Shown: positions 46,023 through 56,226, counted from the first letter of the stretch. The stretch is DNA of 64,000 nucleotides from Saprospiraceae bacterium (GCA_013001975.1 JABDKX010000215.1:12038-76037), one strand, 5' to 3'. Notes: generated from the letters alone by a model not told the origin. Program-made: numbers and translations.

Positions 46023-47243
46023 ATGAATAAAAGAGGTACCATATCCTTAGTGTTTATCGCATTAGTATTTAGTCTAACGGCTCAAATGGATCCAATCGCA
46101 CATTTTAATTTTGATGATTGCATCATCACAGATGACGCTGGTACGTTTAATCCAGGAACCATCACTTCTGGGATCGATTGTGAATGTGGTGTAGGTGGCA
46201 ATTCAAATGCTTTGTATTTTAATAATACAGCAGACACAGTCACATTGGATGGAGACTTGAAATCTGTTTTTAGTTCAGACTTCTCAATTGGATTTTACTT
46301 ATGGGTTGATGATGCCACTATGAACTTTCCGGTGATGTCAATTCAAGGAGACTGTTTGACAGCTAGAGATTCTGCTTTTTTTATTAGATACCTTCCTTCG
46401 AATAATGAAATAGTAGTCGAATTAACTAAAAATTTTGGTGAGGTCATTGCGTTGAGAAGTAATTTGGAAACAACCTCTTGTTGGAATCATATTATGTTTA
46501 CAAGAGAAGCAAACACCTATACGCTCTACATTAATGGGCAGTTTATTGAAAGTTTTGTTTTTCTTAGTGAAGTTGTTCTGGGGCAAAACTTTCCTTTTTA
46601 TATTGGTGTAAGCCCATGTGTTGGGGTTAATGATCAGTATTTTGAAGGCCGTATAGACGAACTGAAGTTTTTTAATTACGCTATAAAAGAAGATCAAGAT
46701 TTAGCAAGAATTACTATTCCTGAAGATAGAATTATCACGCAGGATACAACGATTTTTGAAGGTACTTCGTTTCCGATTATCACAGGAACTTCTTGCGTTA
46801 ATCAAGCCAATTGGTCTCCAGCTTTGGGCTTAAGCGATCCGACTGATTTTTCTCCAATTGCAGGGCCAACTGAAACGACGACATATACACTTTCTTTAGA
46901 TCATGGGACATGCCTTAGTCAAGATGAAATAACCATTAGTGTATTATCACAAGATCAGATAGAATGTAATAATATTTTGTTGGCTAACGCCTTTACACCA
47001 AATAATGACGGATTAAACGATACTTATGGAATCAGTAATGATTTTATAATTGAAAACATCTCTCGGTTTGAGATATATGATCGTTGGGGTTTGAAATTAT
47101 TTGAAACATTGGATAAATCTGATGTTTGGGATGGTACATTTAAAGGCGAAAAAATGCCTTCAGGTACTTATGTTTATAAAATTGAATACACTTGTTTAGG
47201 AGATTTATACAGAAAAACTGCTAGTTTTAATATTTTAAAGTAA
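46023..47243 (+). CDS. Secreted LamG/concanavalin-A-like lectin-fold protein with a T9SS type B sorting domain (gliding motility-associated C-terminal domain)
   Basis: LamG-like motifs (FSIGFYLWV, WNHIMFTREANTYTLYINGQ, FEGRIDELKFFNYAI). C-terminus NAFTPNNDGLNDTYG...FEIYDRWGLKLFE...WDGTFKGEKMPSGTYVYKIEY. Confidence 0.8.
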   Translation: MNKRGTISLVFIALVFSLTAQMDPIAHFNFDDCIITDDAGTFNPGTITSGIDCECGVGGNSNALYFNNTADTVTLDGDLKSVFSSDFSIGFYLWVDDATMNFPVMSIQGDCLTARDSAFFIRYLPSNNEIVVELTKNFGEVIALRSNLETTSCWNHIMFTREANTYTLYINGQFIESFVFLSEVVLGQNFPFYIGVSPCVGVNDQYFEGRIDELKFFNYAIKEDQDLARITIPEDRIITQDTTIFEGTSFPIITGTSCVNQANWSPALGLSDPTDFSPIAGPTETTTYTLSLDHGTCLSQDEITISVLSQDQIECNNILLANAFTPNNDGLNDTYGISNDFIIENISRFEIYDRWGLKLFETLDKSDVWDGTFKGEKMPSGTYVYKIEYTCLGDLYRKTASFNILK

Positions 47244-47269
47244 TCTGGGCAGATTCTTTTGTATTAATT

Positions 47270-47905
47270 ATGATTAACCAACTCAAATTTTTAGCTTTTT
47301 TCATTATCGCCGGAATGGCTTGTTCCGGTTGTACGGATCCCAAAAAGGAAAGCCTCATAAAGAGTGATTCAAAAGCTAAAATTGAGGAATTAAAGCTGAC
47401 AAAAAAAGATTCTACTGCCTTTCAAATTCAAGATACGACTGAACAACAAAAAGATTCTTTAACTATAGTTGAAGATGAATCTTCATCACAAGAAGAAGAA
47501 ATTATTGAGAAGCCAAAAAAAATCAAGAAAAAACAATACTCTAAAATCCATTTCGAAGTGGTCGACTTTGATTTTGGAGAAATAACAGAAGGAGATACTA
47601 TTGACTACAAATTTAAATTTACTAATCTTGGAAAAGCGGAATTGGAGGTCTTATCCGCTAAGGCAACTTGCGGCTGTACCCAACCCAGTTTTCCTTTTAT
47701 AGGAATTCCATATAAAGGAGAAGGGGTGATCGGTGTCAAATATATTTCTGTTGGAAAATCTGGCAAACAAGAAGCATCAATTACTGTTAAAACGAATGGG
47801 GCTAATTCTCCTGTCGTTTTAAAGATTTTCGGATACGTAAAAGATAAACCAACACAAAAAGGTTTCGAAAATGAACGGATTGACACATCCGAAACGAATA
47901 AGTAA
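47270..47905 (+). CDS. DUF1573 domain lipoprotein
   Basis: Lipobox AGMACSGC, an acidic/lysine-rich linker, then FDFGEITEGDTIDYKFKFTNLGKAELEVLSAKATCGCTQP, which is characteristic of DUF1573. Confidence 0.8.
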   Translation: MINQLKFLAFFIIAGMACSGCTDPKKESLIKSDSKAKIEELKLTKKDSTAFQIQDTTEQQKDSLTIVEDESSSQEEEIIEKPKKIKKKQYSKIHFEVVDFDFGEITEGDTIDYKFKFTNLGKAELEVLSAKATCGCTQPSFPFIGIPYKGEGVIGVKYISVGKSGKQEASITVKTNGANSPVVLKIFGYVKDKPTQKGFENERIDTSETNK

Positions 47906-47910
47906 GATAT

Positions 47911-50900
47911 TTATCTGATAACAGTTACCTCACCACTATATACTTGTTCTGCGCCATCAATGAACCTTATTGTTGCTGTGTAAACATAAACCCCAGGAAC
48001 AACTTTATTATTTGGTCCATTACCGCGTCGGCCATCCCAACCATCATCTATATTTAATGGTGCTCTTAAGTTTTGTGCATCATGCATAAGATTTCCCCAT
48101 CTGTCATAAATTCTAAATGAAATCATTTCTTCAACTCCAACGCCAGTTAATGGAATAAATTTATCATTAGGAGGTAATGCAAAAGGATTGAAAATATTGG
48201 CAATGTAAACGTTTCGTTCTGTCTTAATGTCGACCAAGATTTCATCTTTTGAAGTACATCCATTGGCATCAGTCACAATAACTTCATAGGTTGTGAATGA
48301 TGTAGGTGTAATTGAAATTGATTGACAGGAATCTCCAACACAAGAAAATTCAGAACCAGAAAACCACATAAAACTAAATTCAGGTGTTCCTCCTGTAGTG
48401 ACTGCTGTTAATTCGGCAGCATCTTGTCCTAACTCAAATGTAATATCATTTCCTAGAGAGACACTAAAAGGATCTGGATTTTGAACATCTACAGTCAATT
48501 CAATGGAACAACCTGCAGAATCAAATACCAAGAGGGTGTAGATTCCAGGGCCTACCATGACGCATGAATCGATTGGTAATCTTTCTCCAAAATTGATACT
48601 GTAAGTGAAATTCATATTTGTTCCTCCCAAAGCGGATTCTATACCAATACACGTTTTGTCCGTTTGACATTTTGGATTTTCAAAAGGCAGAGCAGTAGCC
48701 ATCAATTCGGAAGTCCCTACAAGCTCATATGAAGTTTCTGCAGTACAGCCGCAATCATCAACAACAGTAACGGTGTAAATACCAGGACCTAAATCACTAG
48801 CTAAACTTGTTGTTGAAACATTATCAGCCCATTGATATTCATAGTTGCCACACCCACCACTTGCAATGACTGGAATAGCGGCAATATTTTGATTTGTGCA
48901 ATCTAATTGAATAACGCTCATAGAATCAACTCGGACTATTAATGTATCAGGTTCTGCAATAGATATTAACCCAGTTCCTTCACAATTATTATCATCAAAA
49001 ACTGTAACATTATATTCTCCAGCGCACAAATCCATGCGTGTCTGATCAGTATTGCCATCTTCCCACAAGTAGGTGTAATCACCAACAACATTTCCGCCAG
49101 TACCAAAAAGTGCAATTGATCCGTTACATTCTCCCTTACAATCAGTATTCGTAATAACGACATTGCTAAAATCTAACATGACTGCAGATGGTTGATCAAT
49201 CGTGAAAAACAATGTGTCGGTTGCACACGTACCGTTAGAAGCAATAACAAAATTTTCTCCAGGCAGTAACTGAGTGGCGTCATCTGTTAGGCCGCTACCA
49301 TCATCAGCTGGATTAGACCAAAGGAAGTTATAGTTGCCTACATTCAATGGATCATTGGTAATTTCTGCTGTTGCTTGTCCACTTGGCGTTTCAAAACATA
49401 AAGCTCCAATAACATTTGAAACTGCAACTTGTAATGTATCGGTTATTGTTAAGTCGATAAAAGTATCTTTTTGACATCCATTTGCATCTGTCAATGTTAC
49501 ATTATAAAACCCTGGGGCAAGTTGTGTCAATGTACAGTTTTGAGCATCTAAAGTTGGGTCTCCCCATTCACATGTGCCATTGACTGAATCAAAGCCAGGG
49601 AAACTGATAGCACCATCACTAATGCCAGTTGCACAAGAAGGGAAAACAACATTAATATCAATGATTAAATCAGTACTCGTGTTGATTAACGTAACAGTTG
49701 TATCCGTTGTACAGTTTCTTGCATCTGTAAAGCTGATTGTGTAATCGCCAGCTATTAAGTCTTCTGCTTTTATACCAGATAGACTTGAATCAGACCATGC
49801 GATATCAATTGGCAAATTGGCACCATCTAAGTTATTGACACAAATGACACCTAAGTCTCCAGAGCAAGATGGATTATTAATATCTAAATCGAATGTAATA
49901 TTTTGAGTTGGTGCAAAAATCTGAACAAAGGTATCTTTGCTGCAATTGTTATTATCTATAATGGCAAAATTATATATGCCTGCAGATAAATTGCTAGGGT
50001 TGCATGTAAAAACACTGTTGTCTTCCCATATGCATTGATAGGGCCCAGTTCCACCAGTAATATTATCTATATTCACTGATCCATCACTTCCACCTGGACA
50101 AGTCACATTTGTTTGTATAATATCAAATGTGAAGTCTGTGGGTTCAACTGTTACGGTTGCAAATGTATCGAGAGAACAACCATTCAAATCAACCACAATC
50201 AAATTGTAGGTTCCGGCCATTAAGTTCATTGGATTACAAGAAGTTATGCTGCCGTCTTCCCATTGACATTCGTAAGGTGGTTGACCTCCTTGAATATTTA
50301 TAACGTTTATGGATCCATTTTCACTTTCTGCACATTCAGTATCTTGAATATCAAACTCAAGTGTTAAACCCAATTCTACAGGTATATTTACAGTATCTGT
50401 TGCTTCACAGTTGTTATCTGTAGTGGTTACAATTATTATGTAATCACCTGGGCTGTTAAACGTTAAAGATTGTGTATTTGCCAATGGAGATCCATTTATA
50501 TCTTGCCATTCAAAAGTTGGATTGTCAGATGATGAACTTGCAAGGATATCTATATTAAGAACACCAGGCGTCGTGCCATCGCAAGAAATGTTGGTTTCAA
50601 TAAAGGCATCGATCTCTAGAACATTATCTGAATCAATAGTTATAGATGTATCAATGACACATCCTAGATCATCCGTAATAGTGACATTATAAGTTCCTGT
50701 TCCAATATCAGACAATTGGTTTGTCGTGTTCGATGGATCCGCTTCCCAATTAAATTGATATGGCATCATTCCACCTGTAACATTAGCTGTAATCTCTCCG
50801 TCCGGTCCACTACATGATGCTGTATTTGTTATAAATGAAACAAGCAATTCTTCAGGGGGCTCATTTATAGTTATAAAAGTATCTTTCATACAGCCGGTTG

Positions 50901-52458
50901 AAAAATCCTCTATTACAATTGAATAAGTGCCTGCACAAAGAACTGAGTCGGCGATCAATATTGTTCCATTAATTGAACCTAGGTTTGTAACAAAATTAAA
51001 GTTTTCATCTCGTACTAAAAAAGCATAGTTGCCAGGTGGATCAAGCACTTCTAATTGGAATGATCCATCACAATCTCCTTTACAACTGATATCTTCAACA
51101 CCTGTGATATCAATTTCGATTTCTGACAATACCGGAATTACAATATCGTCGTCCAATCGGCAACCGTTAGCATCTTCTATTCTTAATCTGTAACTATCAG
51201 TTAGTGAACTGTATTCTGGATCTAAAAAAGGTGTTGTTGTAGATAATGAAGTTGTTTGAATGCCATTGATTAAATATTCATCTCCTGCAAATGGCGTACC
51301 TCCTGTTACCGTTACCATTAAGAAACCATCATCAGATCCAGGACATGAAGCAGCGGTTGTTTCAACCATGATTTCAAGTGGGGGAGTAAATACCTCTACG
51401 ATATCTACCGTTTCACATCCGGTTGCGTCTGTAATAGTAAACATATATTCTCCGTTAACGAGTCGCGTTAATTCAGCGTCATTGACATCTTGAAATGTTA
51501 TTCCATTTGAAAAATTGATATCAAATAATTCTCCAGGAATTCCACTAACAATATTATTAATTTGTATTGAACCATTTGTTGTATTGGAACAAACTGGGTT
51601 TGTGACAATTAAAGGATCGTATGTGACGGGGTCAATATTGTCGATAATAATTGGTCTTGAAATCATGCCTCCGTTAGCATCGGTTATGTTTAATGTGTAG
51701 TTCATTGGTGGAAAATTTGCCAATAAACCGATAGGGCTTTCAAATGGATTAAAAATGGTATCTCTAACTACTGTAAAATTTGAAGTGGCTATCTCGTAAA
51801 CGTAAGGAGCCGTTCCTCCACATAATCTGAAATCTATAGATCCTGTATTGCTTGTTGTATTACATACTGCCAGATCAATAATGGTTAATTCAGAACAAGC
51901 CACTTCAATGCATGTTGAACTTCCACCATCTAATAATAGAATGTCACTTGTACATGATTCCAAATCATTTACTTGATAATTAACTTCAATGTCAGGGAAC
52001 TCAGCTAATTCATTGTTGAATCCTAATTCATAACAATCATTAGGTTCTCCACAAGCAGTGAAACAAACTGTAAATATCAAAGTGCCATCTGTAAATGATT
52101 GTCCTTCAGCATTCAAATTAGACCAAATGAAAGTAAGAATCCCAGCATTTACTTGCGTGTCATTTGCTGCTAACTGACCTGTAAGCGTTCCGTTTTCTGC
52201 AAAAAAGGAATCGTAACATAATTCAGTGGGGTCAAAGTTAAAGGTATACTGAAACGCAATAATCGATTCGAAATTATCAGTGCTGAATTGGACGCAAAAA
52301 GCATCTCCAGGAAACACGACAGCTGGAACCAAATTAGTTGTAAATCCTACTGGATCTGTAATTCCTATGGCCTCACAATCTGGTTCTATTTGAGCCTCAG
52401 CTTCATGACTAATGAAAACCAAAGTACAAAACAAAAACATCCACTTAAAACACTTCAT
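47911..52458 (-). CDS. 1,515-aa SprB-repeat adhesin with an N-terminal cohesin-like domain and a T9SS type B sorting domain
   Basis: Signal peptide MKCFKWMFLFCTLVFISHEAEAQ. About 14 Cys-anchored repeats of the form C-x-G-x-x-(D/N)G-x-I...GG-x-x-PY-x-x-x-W. C-terminus NIFNP...FRIYDRWGNLMHD...WDGRRGN...VPGVYVYTATI. Confidence 0.85.
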   Translation of the reverse strand: MKCFKWMFLFCTLVFISHEAEAQIEPDCEAIGITDPVGFTTNLVPAVVFPGDAFCVQFSTDNFESIIAFQYTFNFDPTELCYDSFFAENGTLTGQLAANDTQVNAGILTFIWSNLNAEGQSFTDGTLIFTVCFTACGEPNDCYELGFNNELAEFPDIEVNYQVNDLESCTSDILLLDGGSSTCIEVACSELTIIDLAVCNTTSNTGSIDFRLCGGTAPYVYEIATSNFTVVRDTIFNPFESPIGLLANFPPMNYTLNITDANGGMISRPIIIDNIDPVTYDPLIVTNPVCSNTTNGSIQINNIVSGIPGELFDINFSNGITFQDVNDAELTRLVNGEYMFTITDATGCETVDIVEVFTPPLEIMVETTAASCPGSDDGFLMVTVTGGTPFAGDEYLINGIQTTSLSTTTPFLDPEYSSLTDSYRLRIEDANGCRLDDDIVIPVLSEIEIDITGVEDISCKGDCDGSFQLEVLDPPGNYAFLVRDENFNFVTNLGSINGTILIADSVLCAGTYSIVIEDFSTGCMKDTFITINEPPEELLVSFITNTASCSGPDGEITANVTGGMMPYQFNWEADPSNTTNQLSDIGTGTYNVTITDDLGCVIDTSITIDSDNVLEIDAFIETNISCDGTTPGVLNIDILASSSSDNPTFEWQDINGSPLANTQSLTFNSPGDYIIIVTTTDNNCEATDTVNIPVELGLTLEFDIQDTECAESENGSINVINIQGGQPPYECQWEDGSITSCNPMNLMAGTYNLIVVDLNGCSLDTFATVTVEPTDFTFDIIQTNVTCPGGSDGSVNIDNITGGTGPYQCIWEDNSVFTCNPSNLSAGIYNFAIIDNNNCSKDTFVQIFAPTQNITFDLDINNPSCSGDLGVICVNNLDGANLPIDIAWSDSSLSGIKAEDLIAGDYTISFTDARNCTTDTTVTLINTSTDLIIDINVVFPSCATGISDGAISFPGFDSVNGTCEWGDPTLDAQNCTLTQLAPGFYNVTLTDANGCQKDTFIDLTITDTLQVAVSNVIGALCFETPSGQATAEITNDPLNVGNYNFLWSNPADDGSGLTDDATQLLPGENFVIASNGTCATDTLFFTIDQPSAVMLDFSNVVITNTDCKGECNGSIALFGTGGNVVGDYTYLWEDGNTDQTRMDLCAGEYNVTVFDDNNCEGTGLISIAEPDTLIVRVDSMSVIQLDCTNQNIAAIPVIASGGCGNYEYQWADNVSTTSLASDLGPGIYTVTVVDDCGCTAETSYELVGTSELMATALPFENPKCQTDKTCIGIESALGGTNMNFTYSINFGERLPIDSCVMVGPGIYTLLVFDSAGCSIELTVDVQNPDPFSVSLGNDITFELGQDAAELTAVTTGGTPEFSFMWFSGSEFSCVGDSCQSISITPTSFTTYEVIVTDANGCTSKDEILVDIKTERNVYIANIFNPFALPPNDKFIPLTGVGVEEMISFRIYDRWGNLMHDAQNLRAPLNIDDGWDGRRGNGPNNKVVPGVYVYTATIRFIDGAEQVYSGEVTVIR

Positions 52459-52916
52459 ACAAAAATCAACTTATATGTAACAATCCTACATTCTTAATTA
52501 ATCAGTTTTGAATACCCATAATAAATAAAGCATTCAAAATCTTATTCCATTACTGGATAAAACGATAATTGGGATTGGAATTAGTATATTCTTGTTAATT
52601 CATTTAACATAAATAGTGGGGGAGTCTTGGAAAAAGCAACAATCGGGAAGTTGACTTTTGTAATATGTTGTAAATGAATATACTACATATTTAATAATAC
52701 TCTATTTGAAATCCACTTATGTTTAAATGAGTTCAAGAATAAACTAGGCGCAAATATAATTGAAAGTTATAATATGTTAGGGTAATTACCCTTCTATTAT
52801 TCGATGTTGTAAAGATCACATTATCATTAACAAGAATATTAATGGGATACCCTGATTTATGACACAAAAATTACTAAGAACGCTGCGTAAAAGGCTGCAT
52901 TTTTTACTAATAGGGT

Positions 52917-52950
52917 ATAAAAAAGCAAAAGCCCAACTAAATAGCTGGGC
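52917..52950 (-). terminator. Probable rho-independent terminator after the thioredoxin-SPOR gene
   Basis: On the minus strand, stem GCCCAGC / GTTGGGC (one G-T pair) with loop TATTTA, followed by TTTTGCTTTTTT, about 50 nt after the stop at 53002. Confidence 0.6.
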
Positions 52951-53001
52951 CTTGATCTTTGGAATAGGGATTATCATTTTACAGATGATAAATATTTTAA
53001 G

Positions 53002-53784
53002 TTAGTAGATGATAGCATCTATGTCATGATTTTTCTTTAAGATTTTACGATAACTCTCCGCTTCACTCATTGTTTTGAATTCACCCATTAATACCTTGTA
53101 TTGGGTAGTATTTTCGACATAATCATTCATTACAACTATTGGTTCAGCGAATTCTTCTTTAAGCGATTTTACACGATTATAAGCTTCACTGTAATCAAAG
53201 TAAAAGCCCACTTGCAACTTATAATTTGTTCTAAACCTCTCAGCAATTTGGTATTGACTAAACAAATTGTCCAAGTTAGGACCACGTGTTCCGCCTGCAT
53301 TTATTGGAGATTTATTAATGCTGTGATTGATAACTATTCTGTTTTCTGGGTTATCATGAAAAGACAGTAGTGTATTCATACTCTCAGAACTCAAAGTTTT
53401 TTCAACTCTTTCAATCATTCGACCTTGCGAATTAAAGATCAAAATAGTAGGCAAAATCTTCACTTCGTATTGATTCTTTAGATTTTGACCTTCATTTGAC
53501 TCGATATCCAATTTGAGTGGGACATAATTTTGGTTTAGCTGAGAAACGACGTTTTCGTCTTTAAAGGTTGTTTTATCCATCCACTTACATGGTGTACACC
53601 AATCAGCGTAGAATTCAACAAAGAATAATTTTCCTTCATTGCCAGCTTTTACTTTAGCATTTTCAAAGCTTCCAGCAAAGAATTTGACATTGTTAGAAGG
53701 GGATACACCTTCAGTGATATTATTTGCCAAAATAAATGTCACCGGCAATATTAATGCGAGCACTGTTCCGATAAACTTATTCAT
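53002..53784 (-). CDS. Exported thioredoxin-fold protein with a C-terminal SPOR domain
   Basis: Signal peptide MNKFIGTVLALILPVTFILA. The start is chosen at 53784 and the 23-codon ORF-track extension is rejected. WCTPC active site at 53587..53598. The C-terminal 74 aa, YKLQVGFYFDYSEA...YKVLMGEFKTMSEAESYRKIL, fit the SPOR pattern. Confidence 0.8.
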   Translation of the reverse strand: MNKFIGTVLALILPVTFILANNITEGVSPSNNVKFFAGSFENAKVKAGNEGKLFFVEFYADWCTPCKWMDKTTFKDENVVSQLNQNYVPLKLDIESNEGQNLKNQYEVKILPTILIFNSQGRMIERVEKTLSSESMNTLLSFHDNPENRIVINHSINKSPINAGGTRGPNLDNLFSQYQIAERFRTNYKLQVGFYFDYSEAYNRVKSLKEEFAEPIVVMNDYVENTTQYKVLMGEFKTMSEAESYRKILKKNHDIDAIIY

Positions 53785-54039
53785 ATTATTATTTTTTAGT
53801 ATTCGTAAAATCATGATTACATGGTATTTACGTAGTAGCAAAAGCTGTTCCAAGTGGATTAATAAATGAATAAATTTGGAAAATTCTTAATACATATAAT
53901 ATTATGTAATTTATAAATAATTAATAATCAACAATATAAAGATTATAAAAAAAAGTAATATTATTTTTAGAATTTCTGTTTATTAAGCTTATCTCATTAA
54001 TATTTTGTTTATTTGCCTACCGTTTTAAATTCATAATCG

Positions 54040-55029
54040 ATGGGTAAAATTAAAGCAGCTATAACAGGTGTATCGGGCTATGTTCCCGAAGATATCATGA
54101 CCAATTTTGACTTAGAAAAACTTGTTGAAACTAACGACGAGTGGATTGTCAGTCGAACTGGGATCAAACAACGACATATTCTTAAAGATCCAAAAAAAGC
54201 GATGAGCGACCTGGGCGTTGAAGCTGTCAACAAATTGCTTGCTAAAACCGGCACGAAACCAGAAGAGATTGACATGCTGATTGTTGGAACAATTACTGGA
54301 GATTATGTATTTCCGGATACTGCAAACCTCATTTCTCACAAGATTGGTGCAAAAAATGCCTTTGGTTTTGACATCAATGCAGCGTGTTCAGGATTTATTT
54401 ATTCCTTGATGGTTGGGGCAAAGTTTGTAGAAAGTGGATCTCACAAGAAAGTCATTATTGTTGGTGGTGATAAAATGTCTTCCATTTTAAATTATGAAGA
54501 CAGAGCTACTTGTATCTTATTCGGAGATGGTGCTGGAGCCGTTTTACTTGAACCAAGTGAAGATGGAAATGGCATTCAGAATGCAATATTAAAATCTGAT
54601 GGTTCAGGAAGTGAATACTTATATATGAAAGCAGGAGGAAGTTTGAATCCACCAACTGCTGAAACGGTTGCTAATAGGGAACATTTCGTCACCCAAGATG
54701 GCAGAATTGTATTTAAAGCTGCTATCAAAGGAATGAGTGAGAGTATTCGTGACTTAATGGAAAAAAATAATTTAACTCAAGAAGACATTGATTGGGTCAT
54801 CCCTCATCAAGCAAATAATAGAATTATTACAGCAGTTGGCGACCAAGTTGGATTTCCATCTGAAAAAGTGTTGGTAAACATCCATAATTATGGGAATACC
54901 ACCGCAGGTACAATTCCATTGGTATTAAGCGATTTTGAAGACAAATTTAAAAAAGGCGACAAAATAATATTAACAGCTTTTGGTGGAGGGTTTACTTGGG
55001 GATCTATCCTCTTACATTGGGCATATTAA
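54040..55029 (+). CDS. fabH: 3-oxoacyl-ACP synthase III
   Basis: Catalytic Cys in NAACSGF, His in PHQANNRI, Asn in YGNTTAGTIP. 329 aa. Confidence 0.95.
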   Translation: MGKIKAAITGVSGYVPEDIMTNFDLEKLVETNDEWIVSRTGIKQRHILKDPKKAMSDLGVEAVNKLLAKTGTKPEEIDMLIVGTITGDYVFPDTANLISHKIGAKNAFGFDINAACSGFIYSLMVGAKFVESGSHKKVIIVGGDKMSSILNYEDRATCILFGDGAGAVLLEPSEDGNGIQNAILKSDGSGSEYLYMKAGGSLNPPTAETVANREHFVTQDGRIVFKAAIKGMSESIRDLMEKNNLTQEDIDWVIPHQANNRIITAVGDQVGFPSEKVLVNIHNYGNTTAGTIPLVLSDFEDKFKKGDKIILTAFGGGFTWGSILLHWAY

Positions 55030-55105
55030 TTGATATAAATATGGTCTCAGATATTAAGTTTGAGGTCTATTTTTTTAAATTAGCAAATAATAATTAAAGC
55101 AGAGA

Positions 55106-55669
55106 ATGGCATCTACAGCAGATATTAAAAATGGACTGTGCATGGTTTTTAATCATGATATTTATAAAGTTGTTGAATTCTTACATGTTAAACCTGGAAA
55201 AGGACCTGCGTTCGTAAGAACAAAATTAAAAAGTCTTACAAACGGTAAAGTCGTTGATCAAACTTTTCCTTCTGGACATAAGCTTGAAGTCGTAAGGGTA
55301 GAGAGAAGAAAGTATCAATTTCTTTATAAAGACGGTGATGATTTTCATTTTATGAATAATGAGAATTATGAACAGATGATGATAGAAGGAAAAATGATTG
55401 ATAATGGAGATTTACTCAAAGATGGAGAAAATGTAGAAATTCTTTTCCATGCTGCAGAAGAAAGACCATTAACCATTGATTTACCTCAGTATGTAATCTT
55501 GACAGTTACTTATACAGAACCAGGTCAAAAAGGAAATACAGCAACCAATGTAACAAAACCAGCAACTGTAGAAACAGGAGCTGAAGTCAAAGTGCCTATA
55601 TTTATAAATGAAGGTGATAAAATAAAAATTGATACCAAATCAAGATCGTATTCCGAACGTGTAAAATAA
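55106..55669 (+). CDS. efp: Elongation factor P
   Basis: 187 aa. N-terminus [37 protein letters not shown], typical of EF-P. Confidence 0.95.
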   Translation: MASTADIKNGLCMVFNHDIYKVVEFLHVKPGKGPAFVRTKLKSLTNGKVVDQTFPSGHKLEVVRVERRKYQFLYKDGDDFHFMNNENYEQMMIEGKMIDNGDLLKDGENVEILFHAAEERPLTIDLPQYVILTVTYTEPGQKGNTATNVTKPATVETGAEVKVPIFINEGDKIKIDTKSRSYSERVK

Positions 55670-55674
55670 TATCT

Positions 55675-56181
55675 ATGAATTATAAAGAAATTCAAGATCT
55701 GTTAAAATTTATTTCGAAATCTGAGCTCGCTGAAGTGCGTATTAAAGAGGGCGAATTTGAATTAACAGTTAGAAACAAAAACTATTCTAAAAATAAGATT
55801 ACATCAGCTCCATTGATGGCGTCTCCGACTGTAGTTTCTGGAATCCAAGCGTCTGCATCACAAGAAACACCTGTGGCACAGACTCCTGCTCAAGCAGCAA
55901 AAGCACAAGAAGCTCCAAAAGCTGAAGCATCAGATAATCTTTTAGAAATCAGATCTCCAATTGTTGGAACCTTTTACAGGTCTGCTTCCCCAGACAAACC
56001 ACCTTATGTATCTATAGGTGATAATGTAAGTGTTGGCAGTGTCGTATGTATCGTTGAAGCCATGAAACTATTTAATGAAATTGAAAGTGAAGTAGAAGGT
56101 AAGATTGTAAAAGTTATGGTAGAAGATGCCAGTCCTGTGGAATATGACCAAGTATTATATCTCGTAGATCCAAAAGGATAA
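55675..56181 (+). CDS. accB: Acetyl-CoA carboxylase biotin carboxyl carrier protein
   Basis: Biotinyl-lysine motif [11 protein letters not shown], Ala/Pro-rich linker, 168 aa. Confidence 0.95.
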   Translation: MNYKEIQDLLKFISKSELAEVRIKEGEFELTVRNKNYSKNKITSAPLMASPTVVSGIQASASQETPVAQTPAQAAKAQEAPKAEASDNLLEIRSPIVGTFYRSASPDKPPYVSIGDNVSVGSVVCIVEAMKLFNEIESEVEGKIVKVMVEDASPVEYDQVLYLVDPKG

Positions 56182-56226
56182 TATTTTAAAGATTTTTGCC
56201 ATTCTTGTGGCTCCCAAACTAATGCT

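Noticed and set aside
47605-47886. 93-aa minus-strand ORF inside the DUF1573 gene. Similar short antisense ORFs lie inside the adhesin, fabH, accC, groEL and glyA genes.
   Set aside because: All lie within strongly supported genes on the opposite strand or in another frame and lack any recognisable motif. They are treated as noise.
53785-53853. 23-codon N-terminal extension of the thioredoxin-SPOR ORF.
   Set aside because: The internal Met at 53784 gives a canonical signal peptide (MNKFIGTVLALILPV...). The extension would bury it.
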